DNA from: Leucoraja erinacea
Taxonomy: Eukaryota
NCBI RefSeq assembly: GCF_028641065.1
Contig: NC_073393.1
Coordinates: forward strand, 20,212,001 to 20,276,000
DNA length: 64,000 bases
Direction: 5' to 3'
The translations under genes and the position numbers were made by a program. Of this stretch, positions 1-10,417 are shown piece by piece. The notes below the pieces were generated by a model. The model saw only the letters and a program-made list of their open reading frames with translations, was not told the DNA's origin and searched no databases. Numbering within the stretch: the stretch's first letter is position 1; every line of letters starts with the position of its first letter.

Positions 1-360
1 AGGGTGTGCGACCAAGGGTACACACTCCTGTGCTCATTGTATTGTCTTGTGAAAGTGTGTACATAAACGGGGCCTATACTCTATCCAGGGGAGAAAAACG
101 AGGGCTGATATCACGACAGCCTATACAGTTCTACTGCTGCTCGGTGGGGTAGATGCGGGGAATATGTTTGTCCTGACTTGGCCGTCCGGGGCCAGGGTTC
201 ACACTCGGAATCAGTGACTTGTTATTCGGCAAGCTTCATTCTTCTCTCAGCTCCCCCTTCCTCTTGGTTACGGGTGTTGTGGGATTGGAAGGAAGTGAAA
301 CGTACTGATACTGAAAACACGGGTTCTGGAAGATGCAGCGTGCTCCTTGCAGTTTAACAC

Positions 361-503
361 TGGAAAGGCCATTCGCCGAATCGTCCGTACTTCCCATTTC
401 AGGGAATAATGGTTTCGTTCTTCGGAGTAAGGTCAATGTGGAGTCTAGGGACTTTACAGGCAGCCCCTGCATTCCGGTCTGACTCTCCCGCTACCCTTTA
501 AAA
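361..503 (+). promoter_or_regulatory. Proximal promoter of chemokine A: two GAS/STAT-like TTCN3GAA sites, a kB-like site and a TATA-like box
   Basis: TTCGCCGAA 372-380, TTCAGGGAA 398-406, GGGACTTTAC 448-457 (one mismatch to GGGACTTTCC), TTTAAAA 497-503. All are also present in paralog B. Motif matches only. Confidence 0.5.
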
Positions 504-568
504 GGTAGACGGAGTGTAAGCTGCTCAGTCACTGAGCCCCAGCCAGCACTTCCATCCTAGGAAGCACC

Positions 569-1350
569 ATGAAGACAGCGCTCTGCGTCGTTGCCCTTGT
601 AGGAGCCCTGGTGATCTGCAGTTTCCAGAATGTTGCAGCCGCCCCGAGTAAGAGACCTTCCTTATTCCCAATATTCCGTCTTCTCCTGACTTTGAACCAC
701 GAGCTGCTCATTGTCGTTTCCCTCCGTCTGGTGATGTCGGTGAATAGCTCCCAGTTGAATAATCTCCTCGCTATTTGGAGGGAGGGGTCGGGGAGGATAC
801 AACAGCATCTGAGGGGGTGAGGGGTTAGCAGACTGGAAACTTGTATTGATGGTGGGAGTGGGGGGGGGTGGGGGGGGTTAAATTGTTGGCGGATGGGTTG
901 GCCAGCCAGTGTAAAACACGGAAAATCTACAGAGCCGAGGGCAGCAGTGCACCCCTTGCTGTGTATTTTCTGTAAACGTGGGGCAGTACGGTAACCTGCG
1001 ATGGAGAATGCTGGAAAAAGCCTCAGTGTGTAACGTTGTCTCTTCCTCCCTCTCCCCCAGTGGGATCGATAATCCCGGAATGCTGTGAGACGTTTAAAAC
1101 CACTCGTATTCCTCACAGGAGGCTTAAAAGCTACATGGCAGCTCCATGGTGCTCGACTCCCGCTGTCATGTAAGTATTTTAATGTGTTGCTCCAAAGTGT
1201 GTTTGAACAAGTGAGTGACTTTCAGGTAATCACACCTGCTTGGTCTGCTTCAGATTCGTCAACCGGAGGGATATGAAGATTTGCACCAAAGCCGGCGACG
1301 GATGGGTCAAAACTGCAATGAAGTATCTGGACAGCAAACACAAGAAGTGA
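569..1350 (+). CDS. CC chemokine (CCL17/CCL22-cluster-like), paralog A, 94 aa; exons 569-647, 1061-1169, 1254-1350
   Basis: All introns are GT-AG with the canonical chemokine phases (1, 2). Spliced protein: MKTALCVVALVGALVICSFQNVAAAPMGSIIPECCETFKTTRIPHRRLKSYMAAPWCSTPAVIFVNRRDMKICTKAGDGWVKTAMKYLDSKHKK*. It has a signal peptide, CC-X21-C-X15-C and the conserved WV. TATA-like TTTAAAA at 497-503, AATAAA at 1618-1623. Orthology to a specific CCL cannot be assigned from sequence alone. Confidence 0.93.
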
Positions 1351-1836
1351 GAGACGAAGTGAAATCTCTGCATTCCAACAGACTGCCAAGAGTCGTCCCT
1401 GAAAGTCCGTTCCATTCCCTCAGACCCACTGGTGTGGATAAAAGCGTCGGCATTGAGTCCACATCCCACACAGGTCGGATTACTGCCTGGTGCGTTGTAG
1501 AATTGGACATCATAAAGCATTCACTCGTTCTCCTTATCGACGATATATCCTGTATATTATGTTAATTTATTTGTAGTTCTTGCAATTATCTTCTTTTATT
1601 TGTCGAGTTGCAGTGTTAATAAACTTTGAACATGCGGTTAATGTGTGTGAGCTTTGATCAGTGTGACCGTATCTGCAAGGGTTCGGGCTGTGCTCAGAGA
1701 ATCGGTGGGAGCGAAAACTACCTGCTTATAGTGGTGGGCGGTCTGCGCCGGTGGAAGAAGATGGGTCCGTGTCATTCCTTTAAAAAATAGCGAGGAAAGG
1801 GAGGAAACCTCCGGATAAGAAACCTGAGATAGAAAT

Positions 1837-2012
1837 AGACACAAAAAATTGGAGTAACTTAGCGGCACAGGCAGCATCTCTGGAGAGAAGGAATGGGTGA
1901 CGTTTCGGGTCGAGACCCTTCTTCAGACCATCCAGAGATGCTGCCTGTCCCGCTGAGTAACTCCATCTTTTTGTGTCTATCTTCGGTTTGAACCAGCATC
2001 TCCAGTTCCTTC
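1837..2012. mobile_element. Palindromic non-autonomous repeat (Penelope-like derived) with a hammerhead core on the minus strand
   Basis: Inverted arms (gacacaaaaa..ggagtaact..gcagcatctctgga / tccagagatgctgc..agtaactcca..tttgtgtc). The reverse complement of 1899-1926 is CTGAAGAAGGGTCTCGACCCGAAACGTC. Confidence 0.7.
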
Positions 2013-2013
2013 A

Positions 2014-2995
2014 CATTAATGATCTGGATGAGGGAATTGAAGGCAATATCTCCAAGTTTGCGGATGACACTAAGCTGGGGGGCAGTGTTAGCTGTGAGGA
2101 GGATGCTAGGAGACTGCAAGGTGACTTGGATAGGCTGGGTGAGTGGGCAAATGTTTGGCAGATGCAGTATAATGTGGATAAATGCGAGGTTATCTATTTT
2201 GGTGGCAAAAACGGGAAAGCAGACTATTATCTAAATGGTGGCCGATTGGGAAAGGGGGAGATACAGCGAGACCTGGGTGTCATGGTACACCAGTCATTGA
2301 AGATAGGCATGCAGGTGCAGCAGGCAGTAAAGAAAGCGAACGGTATGTTAGCTTTCATTGCAAAAGGATTTGAGTATAGGAGCAGGGAGGTTCTACTGCA
2401 GTTGTACAGGGTCTTGGTGAGACCACACCTGGAATATTGCGTACAGTTTTGGTCTCCAAATCTGAGGAAGGACATTATTGCCATAGAGGGAGTGCAGAGA
2501 CGGTTCACCAGACTGATTCCTGGGATGTCAGGACTGTCTTATGAAGAAAGACTGGATAGACTTGGTTTATACTCTCTAGAATTTAGGAGATTGAGATGGG
2601 ATCTTATAGAAACTTACAAAATTCTTAAGGGGTTGGACAGGCTAGATGCAGGAAGATTGTTCCCGATGTTGGGGAAGTCCAGGACAAGGGGTCACAGCTT
2701 AAGGATAAGGGGAAATCCTTTAAAACCGAGATGAGAAGAACGTTTTTCACACAGAGAGTGGTGAATCTCTGGAACTCTCTGCCACAGAGGGTAGTTGAGG
2801 CCAGTTAATTGGCTATATTTAAGAGGGAGTTAGATGTGGCCCTTGTGGCTAAGGGGATCAGGGGGTATGGAGAGAAGGCAGGTACGGGATACTGAGTTGG
2901 ATGATCAGCCATGATCATATTGAATGGCGGTGCAGGCTCGAAGGGCCGAATGGCCTACTCCTGCACCTATTTCTATGTTATGTTTCTATGTTTCA
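2014..2995 (+). mobile_element. CR1 LINE, 5'-truncated (RT C-terminal half plus 3' UTR)
   Basis: ORF 1973-2734 contains INDLDEG..SKFADDTKL..RPHLEYCVQFWSP. The 3' tail is a (ttctatgt)-like short repeat. Confidence 0.93.
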
Positions 2996-3197
2996 TCTAC
3001 ATAAGAAACCTATGAAATGGATATAATCTCTGGTAATTTGCATGTCTTCTTTATGCTGCGATAGTGCACTTGCTTCTTCAATCTTAGCCGATCAGATAAA
3101 CTGTGGAGAATTAAGACACCACCACTGACCGCTGGGAAGGTAGTTGTCCATCCCACCGATGCTCTCAACTTAATAATGTCACCTCTCAGCCCCCTAC

Positions 3198-3490
3198 CAC
3201 GGTGGCGCAGCTGGTGGAGCTGCTGCCTCACATTGCCAGAGACCCGGGTTCGATTCTCATTGTGTGGAGTTTGCACGTTTGTCACAGGACTGCTTGGAGT
3301 TCCTCCGGATGCTCCGGTTTCCATTCACATCCCCAACACGTGCGAGTTGGTAGGTTAATTGGCCTCTGTAAATTGCCACCAGTGTGTAAGAAGGAGATGA
3401 ATAAGTGGAATAGCATTGAATTAGTTTGAACTGGTGGGCGGCGCGGTGGGCAGACGGGCTTGTTTCCATGCTGTATCTCTAAACATATCT
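3198..3490 (+). mobile_element. tRNA-derived V-SINE (elasmobranch HE1-like)
   Basis: A box (ggtggcgcagctggtgg), B box (gggttcgattc), V-domain core (gtgtggagtttgcacgtt...ctccggtttcc) and CR1-like tail (gtttccatgctgtatctctaaac). Confidence 0.8.
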
Positions 3491-4730
3491 CTAAAAAGGT
3501 GGTGACAGTAACCACTCACGGAAGGATCTTAAACATATGTCAAAAATAAAACCTTGAATCTGAAATGTTGCAAAGAGAGACAACCACCCTGGAAAAAAAC
3601 ACCTCTTCGCCTTAGTTGAGACAGCCAATGCTGTGCGGATCGCGAAGGAAATGTGGAATTGAAACAAATCAATAGCAAAGCTGGAAGAAGTGGCGGGTGG
3701 GCCGAGTAAAAAACCGCGCTAGGTTATCACTGGATGACTGGTACGCGGATATTGGGTGTATAGATGAGTCGAACAAACAATACAAAGAGGGCGAGAAGAG
3801 GATACAAAATAATAGTAGGAGCCAGTCCAAACTAACGTTCAAATTGAATAGAGAGAAAATAACCAATTACCTCATCTGGAGGATGATCAATCTGAAACCA
3901 CAGAAAGCACTGTCAGGATTATACTACCATAAAATTACAAGAAACAGGAGCCAGGATGAAACAGCCACCTGGCGAGCCATTGTCTACCTAGATCACCCGG
4001 TTGTGGGCTCAGGGTGCCGGCCAAATTGATTTACAAGAGACTGAAGTAAGACACATGGGTCCGTTAAGTACAATGCACTTGTGGCAGCAATACCTGTCGG
4101 TAACAGACACATAATCTCTGGTACTGGATCACTCGGCCGCTTAGAAACTGCTACCCCATGGTCACAAATTGGGAATCAGAACCCCAGAACTGGCGCACAG
4201 TTTGAGAAGCTATTTCTAGATTACGGGGCAAGGTTTCTCATATGGAGATGTGTACGCAGCTTTTTGAATGTCCGGAGGCTGAAATATTTGGTGACGTGTA
4301 GCTGTCTGACAAGCAGAGGGCCCAAACTCTGCATGAGATCTTGTTAACTGTGCTAGGCTGACTTTAGGCAGGATCGTAATAGGTTACTATGCTTGCACAA
4401 CTGGATGCGGTAATTGTGGAACTAATTAAAACTAAGGCAGCCAAAATAAATCTAGCACAAAACAAGAGTGAAAATAAATGGAAAACAAAGCTAAACCGAA
4501 ATAAGCGGGAGCTTACTCAGAAATATATATTTTGGAGCCCAGACAGAGATATATGAATTGTCACTAGACATGGGTGAGGTGCCAGATGACTTGGGGATGA
4601 CTAATGTTGCTGCTCTGTTTTAGAAATGTTTGAAGACAAACCCTGGGTACTATAGACCAATTATTCTACCATCTCTGGTCGACAAGTTACCGGAGAGGCT
4701 ACTGATGGAAAATATATATATATATATATA

Positions 4731-5105
4731 CTAGACCAAGTGCAGACCCGTCGGGTCTGTATCCCCAACGGCGTTTGCAGGAGGGGGAGGGCTGCGGCAT
4801 CACACTCACATTAACCACCCCCCAAACACACAGGTGGGGGGAGGGGGATGAGAAGAGGGGAGGGCGGGGAGAGGAGGAGGAGGAAACGGGACAGATTTGG
4901 GAGGGAAATGAGAGCGGAGTAGGGGGAGAGGTGGAAGAGTGGGGAGGGAGGAGGTGAGGGGTAGAGGGAGTGATGGAAGAGGGACAGAGGGGGAGGGGAG
5001 AGGGGAAGGAGGAAGGGGGCGGGTGGAGAGAGGGAAGAGGTGGGGTAGAGAGGGGAAGGGGTGGGGAGAGAGGGATGGGTGGCAGAGGGAGAGGGGTGAG
5101 GAGAG
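4731..5105 (-). mobile_element. Helitron-like non-autonomous fragment (3' end) inserted in a (TA)n tract, followed by purine-rich low-complexity DNA
   Basis: The minus strand ends ...CAGACCCG-A-CGGGTCTG cacttggt CTAG|T, a GC hairpin a few nt before the terminal CTAG (plus 4731-4759). The insertion is absent at the paralogous site (about 19595-19615). Confidence 0.6.
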
Positions 5106-5108
5106 GGG

Positions 5109-5625
5109 AAACATAGAAACATAGAAATTAAGTGCAGGAGTAGTCCATTCGGCCCTTCGAGGCTGCACAACTATTCAATATGTTCATGGCTGATCATCCA
5201 ACTCAGTATCCTGTACCTGACTGCTCTCCATACCCCCTGATCCCTTTAGCCACAAGTGCCACATCTAACTCCCTCGTAAATATAGCCAATGAACTGGCCT
5301 CAACTACCATCTGTGCCAGTGAATTCCAGCGATTCACCACTCTCTGTGTGAAAAATGGTTTTCTCATCTCGGTCATAAAATATTTACCCCTTATCCTTAA
5401 ACCCCTTGTTCTGGACTTCCCCAACATCTGAAACAATCTTCCTGCATCTAGCCTGATCAACCCCTTAAGAATTTTATAAGTTTCTATAAGGTATCCCCTC
5501 AATCTTCTAAAATCTAGCGAGTACAAGCCGAGTCTATCCAGTCTTTATTCATATGAAAGTCCTGACATCCCAGGAATCAGTCTGGTGAACCTTCTCTGTA
5601 CTCCCTCTATGGCAACAATATCTTT
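5109..5625 (-). mobile_element. CR1 LINE 3' fragment
   Basis: ORF 5203-5526 (YSLDFRRLRG.LIETYKILKG...FFTQRVVN.WNSL) and an aaacatag tail repeat. Confidence 0.9.
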
Positions 5626-5667
5626 GTATATATATATATATATATATATTTGGATATATCGAGATGG

Positions 5668-5912
5668 TCAACAGTGGCATGGCTGGTAGAGCTGTTGCCT
5701 CATAGCACGAGAGAACCTGGTTCGATCCTGACCTTGGATGCTGTATGTGTGAAGTTTGTACATTCTCCCTGTGACTGTGTGGGTTTCCTCTGGGTACTCT
5801 GGTTTCCCACAACATCCCAAAGATGTGTGGTTTTGTGGATTAATTGGCCTCTGTAAATTGCCCCAAGTGCGTAAGGAGTGGATGGAACTGTGGGATAACA
5901 TAAAACTAGTGT
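5668..5912 (+). mobile_element. V-SINE (paralogous copy at 19641-20062)
   Basis: tRNA-like head, V core and ggcctctgtaaattgccc motif. Confidence 0.75.
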
Positions 5913-6145
5913 GACAGACACAAAATGCTGGAGTAACTCAACAGGACAGGCAACATCTCTGGAGAGAAGGCGTGGGTGACGTTTTGGGTCGAGCCCCTTC
6001 TTCATATCTTATGAATTTGATTGAATATTTTGAAGAACTAACCAAGAAGTTTGATACGGGCAAGGCCGTGAACATCCTCTGTGTGGATTACAGCAAGTCC
6101 TTTGATATGGTTCCACATGATAGGCTGCTCTGGAAGGTAAGGTTA

Positions 6146-7728
6146 ACATAGAAACATGGAAACATAGAAAATAGTTGCAGGAGGAGGCCATTCGGCCCTT
6201 CGAGTCAGCACCGCCATTCATTGAGATCGTTGCTGATGAGCCCCAATCAATAACCCGTGCCTGCCTTCTCCCTGTATTCCTCTGTGGCAGGGAATTTCCA
6301 CAAATTCACAATTCTCTGGGTGAAAACGTTTTTTCTCACTGCAGTCTTAAATGGCCTTCTCTTTATTCTAAGACTGTGGCCCCTGGTTCTGGGCTCGCCC
6401 AACATTGGGAACATTTTCCCTGCATTTAGCTTGTCCAGTCCTTTTATAATTTTATAAGTTTCTATAAGATCCCCCCTCCCCCCCATCCTTCTAAACACCG
6501 GTGAACACAAGCCTAGTCTTTTCAATCTTTCCTCATATGACAGTCCCGGTCATCCCAGGGATCAACCTCGTGAACCTACGCTGCACTGCCTCAATCACAA
6601 GGATGTCCTTCCTCAATTTAGGAGACCAAAACTGTACACAATACTGCAGATGTGGTCCTACCAGAGACATATACAACTGCAGGAGAACCTCTTTACTCCT
6701 ATACTGATATCCTCTTGTTATGAAGGCCAACATTCCATTAGTTTTCTTCACTGCCTGCTGTACCTGCACGCCAACTTTCAGTGACTGGTGTACAAGGACA
6801 CCCAGGTCTCGCTGTAACTCCCCCTTACCTAACCTAACCTCATTGAGATAATAATCTGCCCCCTTGTTTTTGCCGCCAAAGCGGATAACCTCACATTTAT
6901 CTATATTATACGGCATCTGCCACGCATCTGCCCACTCACTCAACGTGTCCAGGTCACCCTGCAACCTCCTAACATCCTCTTCGCAGTTCACACTGCCACT
7001 CAGCTTTGTGCCATCCGCAAACTTGCTAGTGTTGCTCCTAATTCCTTCTTCCAAAACATTAATATATATGGTTAACAGTTGCAGCCCCAACACCGAGCCT
7101 TGCGGCACTCCACTCGCCACTGCCTGCCATTCTGAAAATGACCCGTTCACTCCTATTCTTTGCTTCCTGTCTGCTAACCAATTTTCTATCCACGCCAACA
7201 CTCGACCCCAATACCATATGCTCTAATTTTAGTCACCAGTCTCCCGTGCGGGACATTATCAAAGGCTTTCTGAACGTCTAAATACACTACATCCACTGGC
7301 TCCCCTTCATCCATTTTACTTGTCACTTTCTCCAAAAATTCCAGAAGATTAGTCAAGCATGACTTTCCTTTCATAAATCCATGCTGACTTGGACTAATCA
7401 TTTTACTGCCATCCAAATGCCCCATTATTACCTCTTTAATACCGAAGTCAGGCTAACTGGTCTGTAGTTACCCGTTTTCTCTCTCACTCCTTTCTTGAAA
7501 AGTAGGATAACATTAGCTATCCTCCAATCCACAGGAACGGATCCTGAATCTATTGAACATTGGAAAATGATCACCAATGCGTCCACAATTTCTAGAGCCA
7601 CCTCCCTGAGGACCCTGGGCTGCAGACCATCAGGTCCAGGGAATTTATCATCCTTCAGTCCCATTAGCCTACCCAATACTATTTCTCGCCTAATGAAAAA
7701 TTATTTCAGTTCCTCTACCCCCTTAGAT
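6146..7728 (-). mobile_element. CR1 LINE, RT domain, frameshifted
   Basis: ORFs 7428-7676, 7186-7425, 6533-7201 and 6247-6525 give PGPDG..NYRPVSLTS, QHGFMKGKSCLTNL, GVPQGSVLG and KFADGTKL. Absent from duplicate copy B. Confidence 0.92.
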
Positions 7729-8357
7729 TTCCGGACATAGAATTGGGTTCATTGATGGGAGCAGAGGATGGCAGTAGAAAGTTATTTTTCGGACTGGAGG
7801 CCTGTGCTCGTGGTGAATGTTGCTGGGCCCGTTGTTCTTTGTGGTTTATTTCATGATTTAGGTGAGAATGTGCAAGGCATGATTAACAGGTTTACAGATA
7901 ACACTGACGTGGGTGACAAATGACACCCCTCCCCGAGTAAAATGTTTGGCGACTGGGGCAAGGAAAAGGTGAATATGAAAAAGGAATCTTCAAACACGCA
8001 GCATGGCCAAGAAATAATACGAATGGGTGAAAGGGTGCGCACAGCGTGCGTGAGGACTACGGGACAATGTTGAAATGGAAAGAGCAGTGTGTAACTTCCT
8101 GGGCCCGAGATTCTCAGTATCGGCAGCACTCACTTCCTTCAGGCAATCCCACAACATCCGTGCAGGACAGGAAGAAACCTGGGTGACAGCAATCCAGTTT
8201 CCTGACCGGCAAGTCCCTCATTCTGAGAGTATGGACCGGGTTCTGAACAGTCCAGTTAAAAGAAATATCATCCCTGCAATTACCCACCAAGAGGAATTAG
8301 TCTGTGCTGCAGTGAAATTAATGTTCCCTGCTGGCGAATAAAGCCCCAGTCTGTGTA

Positions 8358-8552
8358 AGAAGTAACTGCAGATGCTGATTTAAACCGAAAAGAGACACAA
8401 TAAGCTGGGTTAACTCAGCAGGTCAGACAGCATCTCTGGAGACAATGAATAGGTGACATTTCGGGTGTAAACCCTTCTTCAGACTGTCACAACAAACGTC
8501 ACCTATTCCCTTTCTCCAGAGATACTGCCTTTTCCGCTGAGTTACTCCAGCA
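8358..8552. mobile_element. Palindromic Penelope-like repeat with a hammerhead-like core
   Basis: Same family as 1837-2012. The reverse complement of 8455-8482 is CTGAAGAAGGGTTTACACCCGAAATGTC. Confidence 0.65.
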
Positions 8553-9704
8553 AGGTCAATCGCGTGGACAAAGGAATGACGCTGGGGAGTCTTAACTGTG
8601 CTCCTTTTATTCGAGGGATATCATTCCTTCTGTAGGGAACCAGAGCTGACCATAATATTCAGCAAATGGTCCATCTTGGGCCGTAAAGTAGTGAATGCTA
8701 GCGCTTTATCTTGGATTCAGATCCTCTAGTAATGAGGACCATTGTGTCATTTACCGCACAGTGGTCCCGCAGTTGCAGCGCTTTGTGTAGAAGGACAGCG
8801 AGTCCACCCGAGTACAGATATTCTTCACTCTGTCACTATTGAAAATACAACGCTTTCCTGTGGCTGGATCACACTGACTAATCTGCCTATGTTCTCAATG
8901 CGTTTCACTCATTCACTCCGTCTGCTACATCCCGTTCAGCTTCTCTACCCCCTGTACTGGGCTGCTCCGGCACCAGGTTTATTTCACCGAATACCCTGGG
9001 TCATTTAGGTGGAAATGCCGGCTCGGCTGCTGATCGGGTGGGTAGATTCAGCAGGAGGATGTGTCGAGTATTCATCAACATACCGAGTGTCCTCAATCTT
9101 CCAAGGAGGTACATATATTGGTGGCTCTCTTTATGATTGCATCAGTATGCTAAGACCAGGACAGGTCTTCAGAGATATCCACATCCACGAACTTGAACGC
9201 TCTCCACCCCCAGATCTCTCTCCATTTGAACTTCCACTTTAGTCTGCCTTATATTCCCCCAATTATGCGCCTATGCCAAAGTTCAGCGGGTCCTTGTCTG
9301 CTCCTTTGAGCTCCGACAAAGCTCCCCTAACTTGCCTGTTCTCCTGTTGTTCCAAGAACAAATGGGGCTGCAATGTATGGACTCTTACCACGGGAACCTC
9401 TTAATGATACAGATTATAATCAGTCGAGGCCGAGCTCTGTGTAATCCATCCGTCAATGATAACATTGTCCTGATTTTCGGGACTCTGTTAGTTGCCGATT
9501 CATGCTAACATTGTGGGATGATCTGGTAACTTCGTGTAACAGCCAGCACTCCGAATTCAACACTCACTCTTGTGATCAATATTCCAGTGATATGGTAAGA
9601 ATGATAATGTCAAGGAATATGGTTGATTTATTCAGGTGCATTTTATTTTGATTAGAGCTGTTAAGATAGGCTTGGCACTTGTTTAAATTGTAATAACCCT
9701 ATAA

Positions 9705-9955
9705 CATTCACCCAGAGAGTTGTGAATCTGTGGAATTCTCTGCAACAGAACGCAGTGGAGGCCAATTCACTGGATGTTTTCAAGAGAGAGTTAGGTTTAG
9801 CTCTTAGGGCTAAAGGAATCAATGGGTGTGGAGAAAAAGCAGGAAAGGGGTGCTGATTTTAGATGATCAGCCATTATCATATTAAATGGCGGTGCTGGCT
9901 CGCAGGGCCGAATGGCCTACTGTTGCACCTATTTTTCTATGTTTCTGTGTTTCTA
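9705..9955 (+). mobile_element. CR1 3'-end fragment
   Basis: cagagagttgtgaatctgtggaattctctg...gggccgaatggcctac...ttctatgtttc tail. Confidence 0.8.
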
Positions 9956-10417
9956 ATTCTTACATTTTATACCTGCATTTGGACAAATGGTCTGAGCATT
10001 TATTGCAGCCTAGCTGCTTCATATTCACAAATCCACCCCCCTGCCATCGTATGAGAAGTCTGGTGACCATTTCCCAGCCAGTGTTATCGAAAACCTCTCC
10101 CTGCGATGCTCTTGGGACATTGCATAAGGAAACTAACTTTCCATCAAATGCTTTTTTTGTACATTTAATTAGAAAGAATTCGTGGAGTTTCTTTCTGAAA
10201 TTACCCAATTGTGATCTTCATGGAAAACTAGGAAGCAGTTTGTTTCCACGTTCACCAGAACCACTCTAAAATTGAAAATCTGCCGTGAATCAGAAAATGT
10301 TGCAACCACTTCCTCTAACCGTCCATTTTATAAATGAGTCAGCACACAGTTTAGCTTTGCTGAATGAAAATTATAGATTTAGAGATTTTGAGTGAGAAGA
10401 ACCAAATATGGGTAAAT

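Larger units (their letters stand above)
1..8030 (+). repeat. Segmental duplication unit, copy A (paralogous to about 15915-20550)
   Basis: Colinear similarity from the promoter (cactcctgtgctcattg...gtgaaagtgtgtacataaacgggg) through the chemokine gene to downstream flank (gaaaaaggaat...cagcatgg). Copy A carries three extra TE insertions. The left boundary lies at or beyond the window edge. Confidence 0.85.

Noticed and set aside
2227-2508. Repeated antisense ORFs over CR1 copies (also 13731-14012, 6864-7226)
   Set aside because: Shadow frames of the RT coding strand.
3198-3270. tRNA-like A/B boxes
   Set aside because: These are heads of V-SINEs, continuous with the SINE core and tail, not tRNA genes.
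4775-5170. Pro/Ser/Leu-rich and Gly/Arg/Glu-rich ORFs
   Set aside because: Artefacts of a purine-rich low-complexity tract; the same applies to 42650-43254 and 63271-63763.
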